Under the pieces are notes generated by a model. That model did not search any database. It was given only the letters and a program-made list of their open reading frames with translations, and had not been told where the DNA came from. A DNA stretch of 64,000 nt, taken from assembly GCA_963785755.1 (NCBI GenBank), contig CAWAXG010000075.1, positions 676,837-740,836 of the forward strand. The letters are read 5' to 3'. Every line of letters starts with the position of its first letter. Position 1 is the stretch's first letter. This document shows, piece after piece, positions 39,057 to 51,296 of this stretch. The position numbers were made by a program, and so were the translations under genes. Origin of the DNA: an uncultured Acidobacteriota bacterium. Its GTDB lineage: Bacteria; Acidobacteriota; Vicinamibacteria; Vicinamibacterales; 2-12-FULL-66-21.

Positions 39057-40393
39057 TCGGGAAGTGGCTTTCCTTTGGTTTCCGGCGCAAAGGGCACCGT
39101 CGCAAGACCGATCAGGAACACGAGACACATCGTGACGCCGGCATAGCGCATCGGCTCGGGATAGCCGGCATACACACGGCTGGTCAGCAGGCCGAGCGCC
39201 AGCGGCCCGATCGCAGCGACGAACCGGCCGACGTTGTAGCAGAACGAGGTGCCGGTGCTGCGCAGGCGCGTCGGGAACAATTCCGGCAGATAGATCGCGT
39301 AGCCGCCGAACAGCGCCAGCTGGCAGAAGCCCATCATCGGAATCATCCAGAAGATGTCGCTGAAGGTGTTGAGGTTCCAGAACGTGTAGGCCGTCGAGAA
39401 CATCGCCGCGACGAAGGCGATGGCAAACGCCTTCCTGCGGCCGATCTTCTGCGTCACGTGCGTGAACACGTAGATCCCGAAGAACGCCCCGAGGTTCTGC
39501 AGCAACGAGACCATGCCGATCCAGAACGTGACCTGTCCGGGCGACAGGTTCGATCGTTCCAGCACCGTCCGGAACAGGTCGAAGCTGAAGAAGCCGATGC
39601 CCCACAAGCCGACGACGCCGGCGAACGCCAGCAGCATGCCGATGATCGCGTTGTAGCGCCAGCGCGGATCCGAGAACAGCTCCGTCATCGAGCCGCGGCG
39701 CGCCCCGGCCTTGGCTTCGCGCTGCCACCGCTCCGGCTCCTTCAACTTCTTGAACACCACGATGCAGAGCAGCGCCGGGAGCGAGCCGACGAGAAACATC
39801 GCGCGCCAGGCGCTGTCGATCACGCCCGCCGACTGCATCGAGCCCAGGATGATCCCGACGGTGGCGGCCATCATGTTGCCGACCGCCGACGACGCCTGGA
39901 GCCAGCCGAGCGCGTAGGGCCGCGCCCGATCGGGCAATGACTCGGCGACGAGCGCAACGCCGACCGCGAACTGCCCGCCGACACCGAGTCCGGTCAGGAA
40001 CCGGTAGAACGCGAAGTCCCACACGCCGACGGAGAAGACGCTCAGCCCCGTGAACATCGAATACAGCAGGATGGTGTAGACCATCGTCCGCGCGCGGCCG
40101 ATGCGATCGCCGAGAATCCCGAAATAGACGCCGCCGGTCGCCCAGCCGATGATGAAAATCGTCGTGGCGTAGCCGGCGTACTCGGCGATGTTGGCCGGCG
40201 TCGCGCCGGGCCCCAGCAGCTCGGCAATCGCGGGTCTCCTCGCGAGATTGAAGAGCTGCTGATCCATCGTGTCGAACAGCCAGCCGAGCGACGCGACCAC
40301 GAGGACGAACCAGTGGCCCCGATTGAGCTCGCGATACCAGGGCCCGGACACCTGCGCGGCGGGGGCGGAGACGGAATTGGTCGGATGCATCAT
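39053..40393 (-). CDS. MFS transporter (sugar-type, in rhamnose operon)
   Basis: 446 aa, 12 predicted hydrophobic segments, loop motif GDRIGRAR. The start overlaps the rhaM stop (ATGA). Confidence 0.85.
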   Translation of the reverse strand: MMHPTNSVSAPAAQVSGPWYRELNRGHWFVLVVASLGWLFDTMDQQLFNLARRPAIAELLGPGATPANIAEYAGYATTIFIIGWATGGVYFGILGDRIGRARTMVYTILLYSMFTGLSVFSVGVWDFAFYRFLTGLGVGGQFAVGVALVAESLPDRARPYALGWLQASSAVGNMMAATVGIILGSMQSAGVIDSAWRAMFLVGSLPALLCIVVFKKLKEPERWQREAKAGARRGSMTELFSDPRWRYNAIIGMLLAFAGVVGLWGIGFFSFDLFRTVLERSNLSPGQVTFWIGMVSLLQNLGAFFGIYVFTHVTQKIGRRKAFAIAFVAAMFSTAYTFWNLNTFSDIFWMIPMMGFCQLALFGGYAIYLPELFPTRLRSTGTSFCYNVGRFVAAIGPLALGLLTSRVYAGYPEPMRYAGVTMCLVFLIGLATVPFAPETKGKPLPE

Positions 40394-40725
40394 CGGCGAT
40401 CGGGATCCGGTTTATCGAGATGGAAGACTTCGTCGAGCGTGCGGCTGAGCGGCCGGCCGTCGTCGGTCGACGGCATCACGTCACGCATGTGGCGCCACCA
40501 GCGCTGGCAGACCTCGGTCGCCGCGACCGCCTCCCAGCGCTCCTGGGTGTCGAACTCCACGTAAGCGAATAGATCGTTGGTGTCGCGGTCGATGAAGATC
40601 GAATAGTTCTGCACGCCATGGGCCTGCAGCGTGTCGGCCAGCTCCTGCCAGATCGGCTGATGGCGACGGACGTACTCGTCCTGCTGGCCGGGATGGACCG
40701 ACATTCGGAAGGCACGCCTGATCAC
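40390..40725 (-). CDS. rhaM: L-rhamnose mutarotase
   Basis: 111 aa from GTG 40725 (GTGA overlap with the rhaI stop). (V)[28 protein letters not shown]...[18 protein letters not shown]...VCQRWWRHM is colinear with YiiL/RhaM. Confidence 0.85.
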   Translation of the reverse strand: MIRRAFRMSVHPGQQDEYVRRHQPIWQELADTLQAHGVQNYSIFIDRDTNDLFAYVEFDTQERWEAVAATEVCQRWWRHMRDVMPSTDDGRPLSRTLDEVFHLDKPDPDRR

Positions 40726-41993
40726 GACCGCCCGGCGAGGACCTGTTCCTCGTACGTCCTGATTTCCTGCAGCCAGGCGGCGCCCGGCGGGACGTTCGAC
40801 CATTCGCAGTAGCGATCCCAGACGGCGCCGAACGGCAGGGTCTTGGTTTCTTCCAGGAGCGCCAGACGGCCGGTGTAATCGCCCGCCGCTTCGAGCGTGC
40901 GCAGCGTGTCCGCGGGTTCGAGCAGCGCCTTGAGCAGCGACTTGATCATGTTCCTGGTGCCTATCGTCCACGCGGCGACCCGGTTGATGCTCGCGTCGAA
41001 ATAGTCGAGCCCGATGTGCACACGCTCGAGGAAGTTGCCACGGACGAGCTCCTGACCGATCGCCTCGAGATCGTCGTTGAGGACGACGACGTGGTCGCTG
41101 TCCCAGCGGACGCCCCGGCTCACATGGAGCATGATCTCCGGCAGGAACGAAAGAATCGAGCTGATCTTGTCGGTGACCGTTTCGGTCGGGTGGTAATGCC
41201 CGGAATCGAGCGTGAGCAGTTTGCCACGCGAGAGCGCGTAGCCGTAATAGAACTCGTGCGACCCCACCGTATAGCTTTCGCAGCCGATGCCGAACAGCTT
41301 GCCCTCGACCGAGTCGCGATTGCAGGCCGGATCGATGTGCTCGTCGAAGATGGCGTCGAGCGCGCTGACCAGCCGCTCGCGCGGCTGCACGCGGTCGATC
41401 GGCGTGTCCTTCATGCCGTCGGGGATCCAGAAGTTCGTCAGGCAGGGCGTGTTGAGCGTCTTGCCGATGATCGCGCCGATCCGGCGGCAGGCGATGCCGT
41501 GCGCAATCCAGAACTCGCGGATCGCGTTGTCGGCGTGCGACAGCGTGAAGTTGTCGGCCGCGTTCGGATGCGAGAAGAACGTGGGGTTGAAATCCAGCCC
41601 GATGCGGAGGTGCCTGGCCCAGTCGATCCAGCCGGCAAAGTGTTCGGGACCGATCTGGTCGCGGTCGACCATGCGGCCGCCGAATTCGCCATAACTGGCG
41701 TGCAGGTTGAACCGGTGGGTGCCGGGAATCAGCGACAGCGCTTTCTCGGCATCGGCGCGCAACTCGTCCGGCGTCCGTGCCTTGCCGGGATAGTTGCCGG
41801 TCGCGGCCAGACCGCCGCCGAGCCCGGTGCCGAACCGCTCGAATCCGCCGACGTCATCTCCCTGCCAGCAATGGAGCGAGACGGACACCTCGGCCAGCCG
41901 CTTCAACGCCGCATCGGCGTTGACCCCCAGCTCGGCGTATCGTTCCTTCGCGATGTCATAGGCTCGTTCGGTTGAATGGCTTGGCATGGTCAC
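40722..41993 (-). CDS. rhaI: L-rhamnose isomerase (Pseudomonas stutzeri / rhizobial RhaI type, TIM barrel)
   Basis: 423 aa. N-terminus ...[41 protein letters not shown] is typical of this isomerase family. Followed by rhaM. Confidence 0.75.
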   Translation of the reverse strand: MTMPSHSTERAYDIAKERYAELGVNADAALKRLAEVSVSLHCWQGDDVGGFERFGTGLGGGLAATGNYPGKARTPDELRADAEKALSLIPGTHRFNLHASYGEFGGRMVDRDQIGPEHFAGWIDWARHLRIGLDFNPTFFSHPNAADNFTLSHADNAIREFWIAHGIACRRIGAIIGKTLNTPCLTNFWIPDGMKDTPIDRVQPRERLVSALDAIFDEHIDPACNRDSVEGKLFGIGCESYTVGSHEFYYGYALSRGKLLTLDSGHYHPTETVTDKISSILSFLPEIMLHVSRGVRWDSDHVVVLNDDLEAIGQELVRGNFLERVHIGLDYFDASINRVAAWTIGTRNMIKSLLKALLEPADTLRTLEAAGDYTGRLALLEETKTLPFGAVWDRYCEWSNVPPGAAWLQEIRTYEEQVLAGRS

Positions 41994-42039
41994 GTCCTCG
42001 CGGCCGGTTCACGGCGCCTCAGCATATCGCAAAGCTAAT

Positions 42040-42170
42040 CTCTCTCCCCCCGGGGGACTTCGTCCCCCGGACCCCCTTACACGCTCGCTCGCGGGGGCCC
42101 CCATGCCCCGCTCCGCTCTCGTGGCTCGCTCGCTTCGCTCACTCGCGACCGTCCGCGAGTCAGTCGGGTG
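42040..42170. repeat. CTCGCT/GAGCGA-word spacer with short GC hairpins (element E)
   Basis: 9-bp stem ccgggggac/gtcccccgg with a 3-nt loop (42050-42070). Then acgctcgctcgcggg...ccgctccgctctcgtggctcgctcgcttcgctcactcgcg, with further small stems (actcgcg/cgcgagt). Lies between the esterase stop (42174) and the rhaI start (41993). Confidence 0.6.
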
Positions 42171-42173
42171 CTC

Positions 42174-42824
42174 TCAGCTTAGAAGCCCCCGCACGGCCTC
42201 GATCTCGTCGTCGACCACCGTGTGCCCCATCTGCTCGTAGATGCGCTCGTCCACTCGCGCGTTCATCCGGCGGAACACCTCCGCCGTCTCGTGCACACGC
42301 TCCAGCGGAATGTGCGAATCGACGTCGCTGCAGCCCAGGAAAACCGGCGTTCCGGCAAGCGAACCCGGGTAGTCACGGGGGGTTCCTGGAGGCCCGATCA
42401 GGCCGCCGCTCAGGCCGGCGATTGCCGCATAGCGCCGCGGATGACGGGCGGCGAATTCGAGAGACAGGCACGCCCCCTGCGAAAAGCCGACGAACCCGAC
42501 ACGGTCATGTGCGATCCCCTCAGCCGCGAGCCTGGCGACCAGCTTCTCGAGGACGCCCAGCGCCGACGACAGGTACGGTTCGTTCCTCTCGATTGGAGTC
42601 AGGAACGAATACGGGTACCAGCTGTGCGCCGCTGCCTGCGGCGCCACATACGCGACATCCTTCAATCGGAACTCGCGTGCCAGGCCCAGAATATCCTCGG
42701 CCGACGCGCCCCGGCCGTGAACCAGGACAACCGTCAGCCTCGCATCCGCCGGTTGTGGACCATCGGTCAAGACCAGCTGTCCGGCATGGGGGTCGGGACT
42801 CGTGTGTGTCATGAGTGGCGTCAT
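42174..42824 (-). CDS. Phospholipase/carboxylesterase family alpha/beta hydrolase
   Basis: 216 aa from ATG 42824 (or 42812). VVLVHGRGASAEDI, nucleophile elbow GFSQGA, C-terminal ...MGHTV. Confidence 0.75.
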   Translation of the reverse strand: MTPLMTHTSPDPHAGQLVLTDGPQPADARLTVVLVHGRGASAEDILGLAREFRLKDVAYVAPQAAAHSWYPYSFLTPIERNEPYLSSALGVLEKLVARLAAEGIAHDRVGFVGFSQGACLSLEFAARHPRRYAAIAGLSGGLIGPPGTPRDYPGSLAGTPVFLGCSDVDSHIPLERVHETAEVFRRMNARVDERIYEQMGHTVVDDEIEAVRGLLS

Positions 42825-42840
42825 CGACAAGGCGGAGCGG

Positions 42841-43161
42841 TCAGCCCGCCTCACGTTCGAACGTGAGGTACAGCGGACCGGCTCCGAGAAGACCGAGCAA
42901 GGAAAACGTGCCGACCCCGGGCCGGTTGATCGCAATGAAGCGTGCGTGCTCGCCGGGACGGAGATCGAGGTCCAACGTCTTCCAGAACAGCGTGTTGTGA
43001 GCGCGAATGCGATGCTCGCCGGGAGTGACGTCGCGGGTCACGGTGTCTCCGAACAGCAGCGTGCCGAACGACTCGCCGTCGAGCGACACCACGATCTGAC
43101 GATCCCTCACGTCCTTCGGATGCCGGCGAGTCACGGTGACCCGGGCGCTCGGGTTATCCAC
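42841..43161 (-). CDS. Hypothetical protein
   Basis: 106-aa ORF with coding-like composition and a C-terminal hydrophobic segment (GVGTFSLLGLLGAGPLYL). No family recognised. Confidence 0.45.
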   Translation of the reverse strand: MDNPSARVTVTRRHPKDVRDRQIVVSLDGESFGTLLFGDTVTRDVTPGEHRIRAHNTLFWKTLDLDLRPGEHARFIAINRPGVGTFSLLGLLGAGPLYLTFEREAG

Positions 43162-43252
43162 GAGTCAATTGTATCGGGCGCGCTGCGCCGCTTGCGACTG
43201 TGACAAGCTGCAGGTAGCAGGGCGCAAGGAACAAAGAGGGAGATCGGCGGAC

Positions 43253-43258
43253 TATAAT
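43253..43258 (+). promoter_or_regulatory. Candidate -10 box (TATAAT)
   Basis: A perfect TATAAT in a GC-rich context, 19 nt upstream of ATG 43278. No convincing -35 or Shine-Dalgarno. Confidence 0.25.
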
Positions 43259-43277
43259 CCGGCGGGCTTCGGGCCAC

Positions 43278-44693
43278 ATGCATTCGCAGCGCGCTGATCG
43301 ATCGATGAGGTGGATCACCACCGCCGTGGAAGTGGCTGCCCTCGCGACCATCCTTTGTTCGGCAGCTTGTGCGTCCGCACCCCCGGCGCGAAGTGGGGCC
43401 ACGGACGAATTCGCTATCGGTGTCGCGGCCGTCGACATCACTCCCGATGAACCGATCCGCCTGACCGGGTATGGCAATCGGACGACCCCGACTGGTGAGG
43501 TGCGTCAGCGTCTGCGCGCGAAGGCTCTCGCGTTCGGCGCCGACGGTCAGCAGCCATCCGTCCTCATCACCACCGACTTGATCGGCTTGCCGATGAGTCT
43601 CACCGACGCGGTCGCGCGGCGGCTGGCGCCGGCGAAGATCGAACGGGCACGGTTGGCGATCACGGCAACGCACACGCATACCGGGCCGAGCATCGCGGGT
43701 GTGCTTCCGCACATCTTTGCCTCGCCGCTCACGCCAGACGAGACGAAGGCGATCGAACGCTACACGACGGACCTCACCGAGAAGCTGACACGCGTTGCCT
43801 CTGCGGCGCTCGCGGATCGGCGCCCGGCACGGCTCGCATTCGGTCAGGGGACGGCGCGATTCGCCGCGAACCGGCGGGTCCTGAAGGACGGCAAGTGGAC
43901 CGCGTTCGGCATCGAGGCGGCCGGACCGGTCGATCACGACCTGCCGGTGCTGGCGGTGCGGGCGCCGGATGGCGTCCTGCGCGCGGTGCTCGTCAACTAC
44001 GCGTGCCACGCGACCACTTTCGGCGGCAACGACAATTTCATTCACGGCGACTGGCCAGGATCGGTCCAGGCCCTGATCGAGGAGCAGCACCCGCAGGCGA
44101 TCGCGCTGGTGACGGTCGGGGCCGGCGCGGATGCGAACCCGAACCCGCGCAGCGCCGGCCTCCAGGATGTCGAGCGTCACGCACGCGAGATCGCCGATGA
44201 AGTGAAGCGGCTGCTCGGGACGCCGATGACACGGATCACGGCGCCGCCAGCAGGCCGATTCCGAGCGGTGGAGATCGCGTTCGACCGAGTCCCCAGCCGT
44301 CAGGAGTGGGAAGCGCAGACGTCGAGAAACGATGCGATAGGGCATCACGCTCGCGCCGTGCTCGCGCGTCTCGACAAGGGCGAGGCGATCCCGTCGACCG
44401 CGCCGTACCCGGTTCAAACCTGGACGTTCAGCAACGAACTGGCGATGGTGTTTCTCGGCGGCGAAGTCGTGTCGGATTATTCGCTGCGCCTCAAACGCGA
44501 GCTCGACGGCGCCAGGCTCTGGGTCACGGCCTACGCGAATGACGTCCCGTTCTATGTCGCGTCGCGGCGGATGATTCCGGAAGGCGGATACGAGGTCGAC
44601 CGTTCGATGACCTACTATGGGCAGCCAGCTCCACTTGCCGCGGACACGGAGGAACGAATCGTGACCGCGGTGCGGGAGCTGTTGGGGAGATGA
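43278..44693 (+). CDS. Exported neutral/alkaline ceramidase-like N-terminal domain protein
   Basis: 471 aa with a signal-like N-terminus. FAIGVAAVDITPDEPIRLTGYGNR...RAKALAF...LITTDLIGLP fits the ceramidase N-domain family. Assignment is moderate. Confidence 0.55.
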   Translation: MHSQRADRSMRWITTAVEVAALATILCSAACASAPPARSGATDEFAIGVAAVDITPDEPIRLTGYGNRTTPTGEVRQRLRAKALAFGADGQQPSVLITTDLIGLPMSLTDAVARRLAPAKIERARLAITATHTHTGPSIAGVLPHIFASPLTPDETKAIERYTTDLTEKLTRVASAALADRRPARLAFGQGTARFAANRRVLKDGKWTAFGIEAAGPVDHDLPVLAVRAPDGVLRAVLVNYACHATTFGGNDNFIHGDWPGSVQALIEEQHPQAIALVTVGAGADANPNPRSAGLQDVERHAREIADEVKRLLGTPMTRITAPPAGRFRAVEIAFDRVPSRQEWEAQTSRNDAIGHHARAVLARLDKGEAIPSTAPYPVQTWTFSNELAMVFLGGEVVSDYSLRLKRELDGARLWVTAYANDVPFYVASRRMIPEGGYEVDRSMTYYGQPAPLAADTEERIVTAVRELLGR

Positions 44694-44895
44694 GCCACGT
44701 GCAACGTGCCACGGGCTACGTGCGCACGTGCTGTCGTGCCACGCTGCCACGTGCGCACGTGCATTTTGTGCGCACGTGCATTTTGTGCTCACGTGCTTAC
44801 GTGCTTGTGCTCACGTGCTTTGTGCCCGTCGCACGTAGCACGCAGGACGTAGCACGAAAAGCACGTGAGCACTCAGCGCGTGGCACGCGGCACGT
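44694..44895. repeat. Family C simple-word palindrome (ACGTGC / CACGTG words), copy C1
   Basis: About 15 GTGC-words at ~8-nt spacing (44694-44830), then an opposed GCAC-word arm (44831-44895) ending in TTTT on the plus strand. Fills the whole convergent gap 44694-44898. Confidence 0.85.
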
Positions 44896-44898
44896 TTT

Positions 44899-45474
44899 CT
44901 ACTTCTCCGCGGGCGGACAGCTGCCTGACGCCTCACGCACCGAGACGACCTCGAACTCCTTCAGGTTGAGGTCCTGTCCCGCCGGATCGACCTTGCCACC
45001 CGGCGTTGCGGGTTGAGCGGCCGCCCCTTCGGCGGAATCCTTGATCTTTCCGACGATCTCCACCTTCTTACCCACGTGCTGCTCGGCCTGACCCTCGCCG
45101 GGTCCCGTCAATTCATAGGCCTCGCCAGCGGCGCCGCTCGTGCCGACGGCTTCTGGTGTCGCGGGTCTTTCGGCTGACGCCGTGGCGCCCGTCGAAACGG
45201 TCGCGTTCACGAGGACGAACTCATTGGCCGCCCCTGCGCCGGTCCCGGCCGCGCCTCCGGCGCCTGCACTCTTCGCGCGGCGGTAATCCGCTTCGCGCTG
45301 CACGCACCCGACGATCGTCATCTGCGGCTGAGCCGCGGCGGGCGCTGGCTCTTGCGCGGCGGGCGCACCGCCCGCGGGCGGCGCAGTAGGCTGCTGTGTC
45401 GCCTGCGCGAACACAGCCATACTCATGGCCAGCACAGCTGCTGAACACGTCGCGCCTGTAATCAATCGGTTCAT
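44899..45474 (-). CDS. Exported Ala/Gly/Pro-rich hypothetical protein
   Basis: 191 aa from ATG 45474. Signal MNRLITGATCSAAVLAMSMAVFAQA, low-complexity middle, structured C-terminus (KKVEIVGKIKD...LNLKEFEVVSV). Confidence 0.55.
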   Translation of the reverse strand: MNRLITGATCSAAVLAMSMAVFAQATQQPTAPPAGGAPAAQEPAPAAAQPQMTIVGCVQREADYRRAKSAGAGGAAGTGAGAANEFVLVNATVSTGATASAERPATPEAVGTSGAAGEAYELTGPGEGQAEQHVGKKVEIVGKIKDSAEGAAAQPATPGGKVDPAGQDLNLKEFEVVSVREASGSCPPAEK

Positions 45475-45572
45475 CGGTGCTACTCCTTCACCTGCAGAGT
45501 GATTCGCATAGCACCTTCCTGCAATGCTCAGACCGCTTTCGCGATTGAGGATGCGGTCGTCCCCCGCAGCCG

Positions 45573-46979
45573 TCACTGCGGCGCGAGACGCGGGGCCGGG
45601 CGGGGCGGGCTCTGCCGGCTCATCTCGGTGCCTCTCGTGGTGATGGAGTACTTCGCGAGCATGTTGGGACGCTCCCACGCGGGCATCGCGCGGCGGTCCC
45701 GCAGGAACTTGAAGTAGTTCGCGGCCACTTCGGCGAAGTGCGCCTCGTGGCCGACGCGGAACGCGTCGGGAATGGCGACGTGGATGTCGGCGCCGCGATC
45801 GTGCACGGCAATCCCCGGATACCGGCCCTGCAGCGCCTTGACTCTCGCGTTGACGGCTGCCAGCACCTCGGCTTTCATCGTGGCCTCGACTGGGACGACG
45901 TACAGCTCCGGCCGGAATCGATCGGCGCGGGTCTGACGCACGTCGATGCGGGCGCGCGAGCCGCGATAGAACGCGAAGTGTGAATCGCCCGAACCTGGCG
46001 ACGCTTCCCAGTCCCAGATCACGTTCAACTTCGTGTGGATCCCGCGCACGGCGTACGAGACGAGCGTGTTGCAGTAGTACTCGAGCGTGCCCCCCTTCAC
46101 CGATCCGGCGATGCTGGCCGGGAAGCCAGGTTCACCGGTGACGCGCCGAAAATCGGTTTCCGGAATCTTCGTCGGCCAGCGCTGGGCGCCGGTGATCTCG
46201 ATGTCGGCCCGATAGTCGAGCGCCTGCTCGGGAAAGAGCGTCCACTGGACCAGATCGACCAGGTGCGTGCCGACGTCGTTCAGCCCTTCGGTCTCGGCCG
46301 CATCGAAGAACCAGGCCGGCCTGATATTGGGCGCGCCCGCCACCGTCTTCATCAAGTAATGGACGCTCTCCATGTAGACGGCAGGGTCGTCCGGCGTTCC
46401 TCGCACGATCGAGCCGAACGTCGCGGGATCGTTCACGAGCTCGCGCTGCAGGATGGACGTGATTTCGAAACGCTCGGTCATGATGTCGTATGCGACGACG
46501 CCCTTCGCATCAGCGTCCGCCAGCGCCGCATCGAGCTTCTCGAGATCCGCGGAGGCCAGGATCCACGGCTTGTCGGCGAGGACGTTCAACCCGCCGGCCA
46601 CGGACGAGACGATGCGCTCGATCTTGGGGCGATTCCGGCCCGACAGCACGACGACGTTGCCCGGCCGTTCGCGGAGCATGCGCTCGAAGAAATCAGGACC
46701 CGTGTGCACCTCGACCTGCCACGACGTCGGCCGCTCGCCGCGGGTGTTGAAGGACGACACCCGCTTCAGGTGCTCGAGCAGATCCGGACCGAGCGGCGCG
46801 TAGACGTCCACGCGAGGCGCCACGTCCGGATACATTTCCTTTTGAATCAGCGCGGCGTGGAAATGTCCCGGGTCCGCGGTCATCAGCCGCACGCTCGGTG
46901 CCGCGCGTCCGCTCTGGCCCGTCACCGCCGCACCTGCGAGCACGATGGCCGCCAGCGCCACGATCGTCTTGATCTGCAT
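45573..46979 (-). CDS. Exported putative oxidoreductase (Gfo/Idh/MocA-related, oxidoreductase C-terminal domain family)
   Basis: 468 aa. Signal [35 protein letters not shown]... and a central LADKPW motif recall the secreted putative-oxidoreductase family. Confidence 0.55.
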   Translation of the reverse strand: MQIKTIVALAAIVLAGAAVTGQSGRAAPSVRLMTADPGHFHAALIQKEMYPDVAPRVDVYAPLGPDLLEHLKRVSSFNTRGERPTSWQVEVHTGPDFFERMLRERPGNVVVLSGRNRPKIERIVSSVAGGLNVLADKPWILASADLEKLDAALADADAKGVVAYDIMTERFEITSILQRELVNDPATFGSIVRGTPDDPAVYMESVHYLMKTVAGAPNIRPAWFFDAAETEGLNDVGTHLVDLVQWTLFPEQALDYRADIEITGAQRWPTKIPETDFRRVTGEPGFPASIAGSVKGGTLEYYCNTLVSYAVRGIHTKLNVIWDWEASPGSGDSHFAFYRGSRARIDVRQTRADRFRPELYVVPVEATMKAEVLAAVNARVKALQGRYPGIAVHDRGADIHVAIPDAFRVGHEAHFAEVAANYFKFLRDRRAMPAWERPNMLAKYSITTRGTEMSRQSPPRPAPRLAPQ

Positions 46980-47003
46980 CTCCGCCGCCTCGTCATCCGA
47001 TGT

Positions 47004-47246
47004 CTACTTTCGTTGGATCAGCACGATATCCGAATTGGGATGGTTGAGCGACGCCAGGATCTGGGCTTCGCGCTGAAAGCGTGCCAGCCGTTGGGAATCG
47101 GCGGCGAAGATATCCGGCAGCACCTTGAGCGCGACATCGCGCTGCAGCTCCAGATCGCGTGCACGGAAGACTTCTCCCATGCCGCCGCGGCCGATGGCGG
47201 CGACGACCTCATACGGTCCGAGACGCATACCGGGAGCGACACCCAT
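47004..47246 (-). pseudogene. Ser/Thr protein kinase, N-terminal ~75-aa fragment
   Basis: [37 protein letters not shown]...[15 protein letters not shown] gives a Gly-rich loop, the VAIK-type Lys and the start of helix C. It stops 10 codons later, 25 nt before the next gene. Confidence 0.65.
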
Positions 47247-47353
47247 GCCGAACGGCCGAAAAACCCGCCGATTATACGTCGCGCGACAGGCGATCATCCC
47301 CCGTGCGGCAGCGCCTTTGCGCTGAAGGTCGATCGCGCGGCGCGTGACCCGCC

Positions 47354-47359
47354 TATAAT
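47354..47359 (+). promoter_or_regulatory. Candidate -10 box (TATAAT)
   Basis: A perfect TATAAT 16 nt upstream of ATG 47376 of the hybrid kinase. No clear -35 or SD. Confidence 0.25.
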
Positions 47360-47375
47360 CAGCACAACTGCGCGT

Positions 47376-50406
<3,031 letters not shown>

Positions 50407-50410
<4 letters not shown>

Positions 50411-51266
50411 GCAAGATCCTGATAGTGGATGACGATCGCACGACCCGGCACGTCCTGCGGCGAGTGCTCACCGCCGCCGGGTTCACGACCACCGTGGCGA
50501 AGGATGGTGTCGAGGCGTTGAAACTGCTCCGGGCGCGCCGCTACGACCTGCTCCTGCTGGACGTCTGGATGCCTCGAATGAACGGGCTCGATCTCCTCAC
50601 GCAACTGCGGAGCCGCAAGACCCGGCCACGCGTCGTCGTCATGACCTCTGACGATGCCCCCGAGACGCTGCTCAAGGCGGTCCGCGAACAGGCCTACCAG
50701 TACGTGAACAAGCCGATTGAGCCGAAGGCGCTCCTGCAGACGGTTCGCGACGTGCTCAAGGCGCAGGCTCCGCCGCCGATCGAAGTCGTCTCGGCCCGGC
50801 CGGAATGGGTGGAGCTGGTCGTCCCGTGTACGCGCGACGCCGCCGAGCGCATCCAGAATGTGGTGACCCAGCTCGACGCCCACCTGGATCCCGAGCTGCG
50901 GGAATCGATCGCGTACGCGTTTCGGGAGCTGCTGCTGAACGCCGTGGAATGGGGGGCAAGCTCGATCCGAGCCGCAAGGTCCGGATCTCCTGCCTGCGGG
51001 CCAAGCGGATGCTGATCTATCGCATCGCCGATCCCGGGTCCGGATTCAATATCGAGAACCTGCCGCATGCGGCGATCGGCCACGAGCCGGAGGAACCGAT
51101 CGCCCACGTGCTCGTCCGCGAAGCCAAGGGGCTCCGGCCGGGCGGGTTCGGGCTGTTGATGGTGCGGGCGAGTGTCGACGAGCTGCTCTACAACGAGAAG
51201 CGGAACGAGGTCGTCTTCGTGAAATACCTCGATCCCAAGCCGGCGTCAGACAAGCAAACGGGCTGA
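50407..51266 (+). pseudogene. Response regulator receiver fused to an RsbW/SpoIIAB-like HATPase domain; one frameshift as assembled
   Basis: REC (ILIVDDD...LLLLDVWMPRMNG) in ORF 50407..51015 and the HATPase_c_2-like part (RISCLRAKRMLIYRIADPGSGF) in ORF 50805..51266. The junction is at the G6 run 50951-50956 (G7 restores ...NAVEWGGKLDPSRKV). The start overlaps the kinase stop (ATGA). Confidence 0.75.
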
Positions 51267-51296
51267 GGATCGGTTCCGGATCGAGTGCTGAACGAT

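Noticed and set aside
4600-47300. Insertion sequences, integrases or other mobile-element genes as the cause of the truncated MFS, kinase and repeat-protein genes.
   Set aside because: No transposase-, integrase- or recombinase-like ORF, and no terminal inverted repeats with target duplications, were found at any breakpoint.
46035-47375. The upstream 447 codons of the 1338-aa ORF 46035..50051 as part of the histidine kinase.
   Set aside because: This part is antisense to the well-supported oxidoreductase gene (45573..46979) and the kinase-fragment region. It has Arg/Asp/His-rich shadow composition. The kinase begins at ATG 47376.
50951-50956. The G6 tract splitting the REC-HATPase gene, considered as a phase-variation switch or programmed frameshift.
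   Set aside because: Similar breaks occur at 17 other sites, including non-homopolymer positions, in unrelated genes. A general indel-error explanation is more economical. I cannot distinguish the two without reads.
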